Shown here: positions 54,297 through 64,000 of the stretch, piece after piece
Layout: every line of letters starts with the position of its first letter
Numbering within the stretch: the stretch's first letter is position 1
Origin: Eledone cirrhosa
Lineage: Eukaryota
Length of the DNA: 64,000 nucleotides
Reading direction: 5' to 3'
Assembly: GCA_964016885.1 (NCBI GenBank)
Contig: OZ024741.1
Location: forward strand, 80,414,001 to 80,478,000
Translations under genes and position numbers: made by a program
Notes under the pieces: model-generated
Database searches by the model: none
What the model was told of the DNA's origin: nothing
The model's input: the letters and a program-made list of their open reading frames with translations, nothing else

Positions 54297-55711
54297 TTTA
54301 TTAATGCATGGACAGTTATATGACCTCCTTTTCAGCCGAGAGACATACCAAATACATATTCAAACATTGATACATATTCAAACATTGTGGGTCAACATTC
54401 ATTACAGAATTTAGAGTGGCAGTACACACTTCGAGATTACATTTATATTAATAGGTACAATCAAAAATCAAAGATATAGGTTAAAGTACAACATGAAGAT
54501 AAGTGGTTATATAGTGCAAATGTTATATGTGTGGCACGCATGTGCGTCTTGTTTATATAGTGTGGCAGAGAGATATGTGTGGTAGAGGCACTTAGGTAGG
54601 TAAATAAGAGTGTTAGGTTGGTAGGTCTGGTGGCAAAGTCTTTATATGATTGATATAGTCTGTGTGTGGAGAAATATTATAAGCATTAAAGATAGTGCAA
54701 GCATTAAAAGTGTTATAAGTATTGGAGATGCACAGCGCAGGGATGTCAAGTAATTCATGTACTTCGGCATTTTCATGGTCAAGGGAGTGTATATTTCGAT
54801 TATATGCCTTTCACATAATCCACGACAATCCAGTAAGAGATCGTAGTCTGGTGTTCTTTAGTTCGATACAGGGGGATGTTACGTTTCGAGAAACGCCATT
54901 GAATACCGGAAGTGTGTGTGTGGCTAAGGGGAGTTAATGCATGCGGGGAGGTAACTCTGGGGTTTCTATATCTAGCCATTAAAATGTGTCCCAATATAGA
55001 CCCTAAATTCTATGGTGAGGTGCACCTTCCAAGAGAGACTTTTAAAGCATAAAGTGTACTAACTATAGAGTAGTTTATATTATTATTAAGGTGGATTAAC
55101 CCATCTTAAGGTGCTACAAATGGAAATTATAGATGATGAGCGAGGATTCTAAACTGATCTCTGTGGTTGTAGTCTGCTCATATGACCAGGCGCGGTGATT
55201 GCAGGATTGCTTCAGGACCCAATGATCTCTGGTAAGATCTGGGTCATCGCTTGCTACATTGGATGTCGAAAGATAATCGTCCCCAGGCAGGCCAAGGTCA
55301 ATCCGCAGTCCTCGCGACCCCTCTCTGACCGTCAGATCATCCATATACGTACAACCCGCACGGCAGTTGCATTGCATTCACTCACTGCGCTCAGCAGCCC
55401 GGTCCTACTGGTCAACAGCGCTACTCGATTAAATCATTTTACATCTGTCTAAGGAAGGTGTTTCCTCTGCCCAACAACATCCAACCGATCAATTCATGCT
55501 CAAAATTACCCTTAGAGCGGTGTAGTGCCATCAAGTGGGTGGATGTTGTCACACCTGCCGTAGAGGTATAAATGGGTATTTTCCCTGCGAAGGGTTCCAG
55601 AGGGATGCCGTTGTTTGTGTTATAATGGATCAGCTAGTGTTGGGTATGTAGTATAGGGTGTGTTTCTGGTGTTTGATGCTAGATGTGGTGTTAGGTTCCA
55701 GTCCGACATTG

Positions 55712-56294
55712 CTATATATAGGGCTTAAAGTTTTGGAAGGAATGTCTGAGGCGGTGCTGGCAAGTTGCAAACACCTCAGATTTTTTGTTAAGTAGGTTAC
55801 GGTTGGAGAAGATAATATTGTGTGTCTCTAGAATACAGAGGTTACAGAATTTATTAGGTGGTTTGTACGAGGTCGCGCTGCCTATCACTTCCCATTTGAG
55901 TGTGTATGGTTTATTTTTAGATTTTAGATAGTGTATGTAGCTAGAAAGTGAGGTGGAGTTGGCTAGGCTGTGCTTTTTGAACGAGTGGATGTGCGAGTTA
56001 TATCTGATTTTGAAGCAGTTAGAAGTGGAGCCTACATAGGTTTCTGAAGAGTTATTAGTCGTGACTGTGCATGAGTATATGACATCCTTGGTTAGGCATT
56101 TTTTATCTAAAGGGCAGGTTCTATTAGCTCTACAGTTACAATTATTCTGTGCGTTAGTCCGCTGGTTATAATGCAATGCGGAAGTCTGTGTGGTGGATAT
56201 AGGATTTTGGGTGTTCGGGTTGGCAACCCTGGTGTTATTACTTATACTAGTGTTATTTCTATTGTTACTGCCGTTGCTATTGTTGCTTGCTACA
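55712..56294 (-). pseudogene. 5'-truncated copy of the Naiad ORF (Zn finger + GIY-YIG only)
   Basis: Protein identical to the C-terminal ~190 aa of 51540..53999. Truncated at a TA array. Confidence 0.9.
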
Positions 56295-57102
56295 TATATA
56301 TATATGTGTATATATATATGTGTATATATATATATATGTGTATATATATATATATGTGTATATATATATATGTGTATATATATATATGTGTATATATATA
56401 TATATGTGTATATATATATATATGTGTATATATATATATATGTGTATATATATATATATGTGTATATATATATATATGTGTATATATATATATATGTGTA
56501 TATATATATATATGTGTATATATATATATATGTGTATATATATATATATGTGTATATATATATATATGTGTATATATATATATATGTGTATATATATATA
56601 TATGTGTATATATATATATATGTGTATATATATATATATGTGTATATATATATATATGTGGAGATATATATATATGTGGAGATATATATATATATGTGTA
56701 TATATATATATATATGTGTATATATATATATATATGTGTATATATATATATATATGTGTATATATATATATATATGTGTATATATATATATATATGTGTA
56801 TATATATATATATATGTGTATATATATATATATATGTGTATATATATATATATATGTGTATATATATATATGTGTATATATATATATATATGTGTATATA
56901 TATATATATATGTGTATATATATATATATGTGTATATATATATATATGTGTGTATATATATATATGTGTGTATATATATATATGTGTGTATATATATATA
57001 TGTGTGTGTATATATATATATATATATGTGTGTGTATATATATATATATATGTGTGTGTATATATATATATATATGTGTGTGTATATATATATATATATA
57101 TA

Positions 57103-57137
<35 letters not shown>

Positions 57138-57417
57138 GGATATATATATATATATATATATATATGGATATATATATATGTGTATATATATATGGATATA
57201 TATATATATGGATATATATATATATGGATATATATATATATGTGTATATATATATATATGTGTATATATGTATGTATATATATATATATGTGTATATATA
57301 TATATGTGTATATATATATGTGTGTATGTATGTGTATATATATATGTGTGTATGTATATGTATATATATATGTATGTGTATATATATATATGTGTATATA
57401 TGTATATATATATGTAT
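56295..57417. repeat. (TA)nTG array with locally homogeneous sub-blocks
   Basis: Runs of 18-bp, 20-bp, TGTGTG, TGGA and TATG variant units in successive blocks. Confidence 0.95.
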
Positions 57418-58575
57418 ACTCTTTTACTCTTTTACCTGTTTCAGCCATCCGGCTGAGGCCATGCTGGGGCACCGCCCTTGTTGCTACACATTTTATCTCC
57501 AGACTGTATAGGTTGGCCACTGGTGTAGGAGGGAGTTTGTTGCTGCTGCCCTTAGGTTTCCCTCGTGTCTTGCTGTGGGCTCATCCGGGATCCTGGATAA
57601 CAAGGTGTCGAGATGTTTCTTAAAGACATCCACCTCCACGTCATGCAAGTCCCGCAGATGCCTCGGCAGCCTGTTGAAGAGTTGAGGGCCCTTGAATCCC
57701 AGGCTATTGCAATACCTGCTCCTTATTCTAGATGTGGAAGACGGGACCTTTGGCACCACACAGTGACGTCCTGTTCGACGGTTGGTCCAGCTCCCAATGC
57801 CAAAGTTTGGTGCTAGTCCCTCCAGGATTTTCCACATGTAGATCACTGCGTATCTCTCCCATCTTCGCTCCAAGGAGTAGAGGTTCAGTTCCTTCAGCCT
57901 CTCCCAGTAGCTTGTCTCCCTCATCTTGGCAATCCTCTTGGTGTAGCTTCGCTGGATTGCCTCAAGCTCTGTGGTTAGTTTGACACTATGGGGTGACCAC
58001 AGCTGGGAGCAGTAGTCCAGGCGGCTTAGGACAAAAGTCCTCCACAGTGTCAACATGGTGTCTCGATCTCTTGTAAGGAAAGTCCTCAAGATCCAGCCAG
58101 CGAATCGTCTACATGCTGTCGCCACCTTCATGATGTGTGAAGAAAAAGATGCATCATCGCTCATGTCTATGCCCAGGTCTCGTATCGATTTTGACACGGG
58201 GATATCGGTCCCTCCTGGTCCTGTGTAGCTGTGTTCCGCTATATTTGTGTTTGTGTTTGCAGGTTTGTATTGTAGGGCTTGGAATTTGCCAGCATTAAAC
58301 TGCATGTTGTTTTCTTCCGCCCATCTGTATATGGCATCCAGATCCTGCTGTAAGAGGGCAGCGTCAGCCGGGTTTTTGATTGCCTGTGCTACCTTAGTGT
58401 CATCAGCATAGCTAGTGAGGGATGTTGTTGCATGCACCACAGAGGGCATGTCCGAGAGAGCCACCAAAAACAGTAGTGGTCCCAGGACTGTCCCCTGAGG
58501 CACCCCACTTGTTATCGGTGTTTCCCTCGAGAGGGCCCCATTTGCTGCGACTGCCTGGCTTCTGTCCCTCAGGAA
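57418..58575 (-). mobile_element. CR1-group LINE 3' fragment (open frame), (TAAAAGAG)n tail
   Basis: [68 protein letters not shown]. 3' UTR ggcggtgccccagcatggcc..ggctgaaac. Confidence 0.9.
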
Positions 58576-58915
58576 TGTATATATATATATATGTGTATAT
58601 ATATATATGTGTATATATATATATGTGTATATATATATATATGTGTATATATATATATGTGTATATATATATATGTGTATATATATGTGTATATATATAT
58701 ATGTGTATATATATATATGTGTATATATATATATGTGTATATATATATATGTGTATATATATGTGTATATATATATATGTCTATATATATATATGTGTAT
58801 ATATATATATGTATGTATATATATATATGTATGTATATATATATATATGTATGTATATATATATATATGTGTATATATATATATGTGTATATATATATAT
58901 GTGTATATATATATG

Positions 58916-58992
<77 letters not shown>

Positions 58993-58995
58993 GTA

Positions 58996-59089
<94 letters not shown>

Positions 59090-59090
59090 G

Positions 59091-59158
<68 letters not shown>

Positions 59159-59319
59159 GTATATATATGTATATATATATATATGTATATATGTATATGT
59201 ATATATGTATATGTATATATATATATATGTATATATGTATATATATATATATGTATATATATGTATATATATGTGTATATATATATATATGTATATATGT
59301 ATATATATATATATGTATG

Positions 59320-59366
<47 letters not shown>

Positions 59367-59511
59367 GTATATATATATATGTGTATATATATATATATGT
59401 GTATATATATATATATGTGTATATATATATATATGTGTATTATATATATATGTGTATATATATATGTGTGTATATATATATATATATGTGTATATATATA
59501 AATATATATAT
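58576..59511. repeat. (TA)nTG array
   Basis: Almost exclusively G interruptions on the + strand. Confidence 0.95.
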
Positions 59512-59513
59512 CT

Positions 59514-62366
59514 CATCATCATCATCATCAACGTTTAACGTCCGTGTTCCACGCTTGCATGGGTTTTGGACGGGGGTAGTCCCACTTGAGGCAAGAGTGA
59601 TTGTCTTGCTCGCATAGGACTGTCTGGCAGGTTTTCTACAGTTGGATGCCCTTCCTAACACCAACCACATTTACAGTGTGGGTCTGGGAGGTTTTTACCG
59701 TGTTGCCTTACACGGCCACATTACAGCGTGGACTGTGTGTTTTTTGTCGTGACACCTACACGATCTCATTGTTTCGGCCCGATGCGCGCACCAACATAAC
59801 TTTACATAGAACGGGGTGGTGTTATCTGGATTGACGTTTATAATTATAAGACGGGGTGTAATTGTTAGATGCTACTGGCTGAGTAGGTTTTACTATATAT
59901 TTAGGTAAGGCGGGTCTTCTCTGTTACTGAGTACCGCCAAAGGTCTCGGTCCAGTGACATTGTCTTGGAGAGGTGTAAGTGTGTGATGTCGGAGTTTATC
60001 AGCCTCGTCCAGGTTTTTCTAGGTCTGCCTATTCCGTGACTACCGCTCTATCTTATACTGCCCTGCACTTTCATACGCTATCGACTATCAGTCCTTCATA
60101 CCAACGTAGCCTTCTCTCGAGTAAACAACATCTGATCCCTCTCTAATTTTTTCCTTAGTTCGTTTATGCTTTGCCGTTCACGTATATTACTGTTACACAT
60201 CCAGCGGAGCATGCAAGCTTCGTTCCTCTCTAGTCTGCGTATATCCTCTGGCACACAATGCCCAGGTCTCACTGCCATGCAGCATTCCGTATGCTGCATC
60301 GTACAACACTGCCTTTCAATTTTAGTGAGAACCCTTTAGCAGCTAATAGTGGTATAAGCTCTCTGAACTTTTTCCAACCAGTCTGACTCTAGCTACAGTA
60401 CTTCAGAGCACCCTCCCCCACTGCTGATTTTATCGCCCAGGTAACGGAAGCTGTCCACTATTTCTATAGAACCCTCTGCGCAATTGAATGAAGCTAGTAG
60501 TTTGTGGGCAACTTGCTGCTACTTATTGCACCAGAGCAACGGCCACATGTAAAATCTATGTTCTTAGTTAGCTTACCTGTGATCCCACTACATCTTTTAT
60601 GCACCCATACTTTGCATTTAGGACATAAAATGGAGTTTCTACCTACGCCTTTCCTACACACCGAGCACGACCATTTCCCAGAAGGGACCGCCGCCTTGTT
60701 TTCTTTCCTACAAACTAGTACTTTGGTCTTAGCCAGGTTAATTTTAAGTCCTTTTGACTCTAGGCCGTGCTTCCATGTTTGGAATTTCTTCTCTAGCTCG
60801 GCCATTGATTCCGCTATGAGTGTCAGGTCGTCTGCGTATAGGAGTTCCCATGGGCAGCCTGTCTTGAACTCCTCTGTTATAGCCTGAAGGGCAATAATAA
60901 ATAGTAGTGGACTGAGAACAGAGCCCTGATGGACGCCAACTTTTACGCTAAACTCTTCACTATATTCGTTGTTAATTCTAACCTGCTGTCTTCTTTATAC
61001 ATGCTGTATAGCCCTCACAAGCCATTCGTCAACGCGCTTTTCTAAGAGCCCACCAGATAATGGAGCGGGGACTCTGTCGAAGCTTTCTCCAAGTCGACAA
61101 AAGCTAAGTAGAGGGGTTTACCTTTAGCTAGGTACTTCTCCTGTAGTTGTCGTACTTACTTGAAAAGAGCGTCTGTGGTACTTTTGCCTGACACAAACCC
61201 GAACTGCATTTCATCTAGGTCAATTCTCTCTCTGATTAGTTGCGCTATTACTTTTTCCGTGACCTTCATGACCTGGTCGATTAATTTAATGCCTCTATAG
61301 TTACTCCTATCTAGGGCGTCTCCTTTACCCTTATAACAGTTAACGATGATGCTGCTATGCCAGTCCTTCGGAACAACCCCATTCTGTACGACTTGGTTAA
61401 CTATGCGGGTGACCATGGTGTGTCCCACCGTGCCAGATGCCTTCATTCAGCATCTCAGCAACTATTTCCGAAGGCCCAGCCGCCTTACCAGTCTTCATAT
61501 CCTTGATTGCCTTACTTATTATACTCCCCTCGACTAACACTGCTGGTCCCTCTATTGGGTCGATATGGGGGAGACTGCCTTTCTCCCAATTATTCTCCTC
61601 ATTTAGTAGCCTTTCATAGTGACACTTCCAAGCTACCTTCTTATCAGCGTCGGTGATGGCAAGTGTGCCATCGTCGTTTAGTACACACTTCTCCCCGACA
61701 ATATCACGGTTTTCCTTGACGCATTGCCTAGCAATCCTGAACACCTCACGTTTTTGGTCATCGCGTTGTAGAACATGCTTGAACTTTCTTTCCTCAGCTT
61801 CCCTTCTTGCTAAGTACACTTGTCTCCTAGCTTCCCTCCTGGCCACTTGATAGTCCTCTCTACTTCCCCCATCCCGCCATACTTTCCAAGCCTGCTTTTT
61901 GGCCTTAATTGACCCCTCCACCTTACTGTTCCACCACCATGTTACTCTCCTCCTGCCTACAGGCCTGCTCCAGCCACAGACTTCGTCTGTCGCCAACAGC
62001 AGGTTTGCTTTCAGAAATTCCCACTCTCCCTCTATATTGTCCGACTCTAAATGCTCTTCCTTACTGTCGAAAGCATCAAGTAATATGCTTTGAAATTTAT
62101 TCCTGGCTGTGGGGTCCTTTAGCTTCCATATTTTCCTCCTGAGGATAGTCCTCTTCTGTTGTCGAGTACGTCTCGTCCTGACTATGAGGTCGCTAATTAT
62201 CAGTCTATGTTGGGAGGTGCATTCTTCATGGGGGAGGGATTTAGTGTTTACAACAGACACTCTGTCACGTCTTCTGGTAAGGATATAATCTACCTGGCTT
62301 GTGTGTTCCCCGGATCTATAGGTGATCAGGTGATTGTCACGTTTTTTGAAGTTAGTGTTACAGATA
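59514..62366 (-). mobile_element. RTE LINE copy nearly identical to 2281-5168, with clustered indels
   Basis: Colinear with the first copy from the (CAT)n tail into the EN domain. Error-like indels concentrate in 59700-61450. Confidence 0.92.
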
Positions 62367-63099
<733 letters not shown>

Positions 63100-64000
63100 A
63101 AACTCCATTTTATGTCCTAAATGCAAAGTATGGGTGCATAAAAGATGTAGTGGGATCACAGGTAAGCTAACTAAGAACATAGATTTTACATGTGGCCGGT
63201 GCTCTGGTGCAATAAGTAGCAGCAAGTGCCCACAAACTACTAGCTCTTTCAATTGCGCAGAGGGTTCTATAGAAATAGTGGACAGCTTCCGTTACCTGGG
63301 CGATAAAATCAGCAGTGGGGGAGGGTGCTCTGAAAGTACTGTAGCTAGAGTCAGAACTGGTTGGAAAAAGTTCAGAGAGCTTATACCACTATTAGCTGCT
63401 AAAGGGTTCTCACTAAAAATGAAAGGCAGGTTGTACGATGCCTGCATACGAACAGCAATGCTGCATGGCAGTGAGACCTGGGCATTGTGTGCAGAGGATA
63501 TACGCAGACTAGAGAGGAACGAAGCTTGCATGTCTCGCTGGATGTGTAACAGTAATATACGTGAACGGCAAAGCATAAACGAACTAAGGAAAAAATTAGA
63601 GATAAGAGGGATCAGATGTTGTTTACTCGAGAGAAGGCTACGTTGGTATGGACACGTGATGCGCATGAAAGTCGATAGCTGTATAACAAAGTGCAGGGCA
63701 ATAAAGATAGACGGTAGTCACGGAATAGGCAGACCTAGAAAAACCTGGGACGAGCTGATAAACTCCGACATCACACACTTACACCTCTCCAAGACAATGT
63801 CACTGGACCGAGACCTTTGGCGGTACTCAGTAACAGAGAAGACCCGCCTTACCTAAATATATAGTAAAACCTACTCCAGCCAGTAGGCATCTCTAACAAA
63901 ATACACCCCGTCCCACCACCCCCGCCCCCACCCCATCCACACCACCCCGTTCTATGTAAAGTTATGTTGGTGCCCGCGCCATCGAGGCCGAAACAAATGA
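63100..64000 (+). mobile_element. RTE LINE 3' portion in inverted orientation (continues beyond window)
   Basis: NSILCPKCK...TEKTRLT* plus 3' UTR. Reverse complement of ~59760-60637. Confidence 0.92.

Larger units (their letters stand above)
50036..56294 (-). mobile_element. Penelope-like element, Naiad type, partial tandem (full 4170-bp unit 50041-54210 plus upstream 2.08-kb 3' portion forming the pLTR)
   Basis: 54206-56294 repeats 50036-52122 with only a 2-nt indel and one substitution noticed. Contains an RT+GIY-YIG ORF and an HHR near each 3' end. Both ends lie in TA arrays. Confidence 0.93.

Noticed and set aside
55712-57520. 602-aa ORF fusing a low-complexity region to a GIY-YIG domain
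   Set aside because: Chance read-through from a LINE tail across a TA array into the truncated Naiad copy.

Overview
Repeat-dominated, AT-rich metazoan DNA, most consistent with an octopus or other coleoid cephalopod (inferred from the tRNA-derived SINEs, (CAT)n-tailed RTE LINEs and abundant (TA)n). No complete host gene is visible. One candidate first exon lies near 36.9 kb in a CpG-richer zone. Bases 1-42.6 kb hold RTE and CR1 LINE copies (one RTE with an intact EN-RT-PHD frame), SINE clusters, a pogo-like transposase relic, and several small Penelope-type terminal fragments carrying hammerhead (HHR) motifs, each beside (TA)n and often arranged head-to-head. From 42.6 kb to the end is a compound structure in which modules are separated by long, mostly TG-polarised (TA)nTG arrays. 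In order: a ~1.2 kb fold-back of local DNA; a head-to-head array of ~11 apparently identical 466-bp units, each full unit carrying a minimal type I HHR (retrozyme-like), with the inversion point at the predicted cleavage site; an intact Naiad-type Penelope-like element (RT + GIY-YIG) in 1.5-unit tandem with its own HHR; a CR1-like 3' piece; and an inverted pair of RTE copies. Hypothesis: an autonomous PLE and a non-autonomous ribozyme RNA target TA microsatellites, possibly with telomerase-like repeat addition. Long-read or assembly chimerism must be excluded first.
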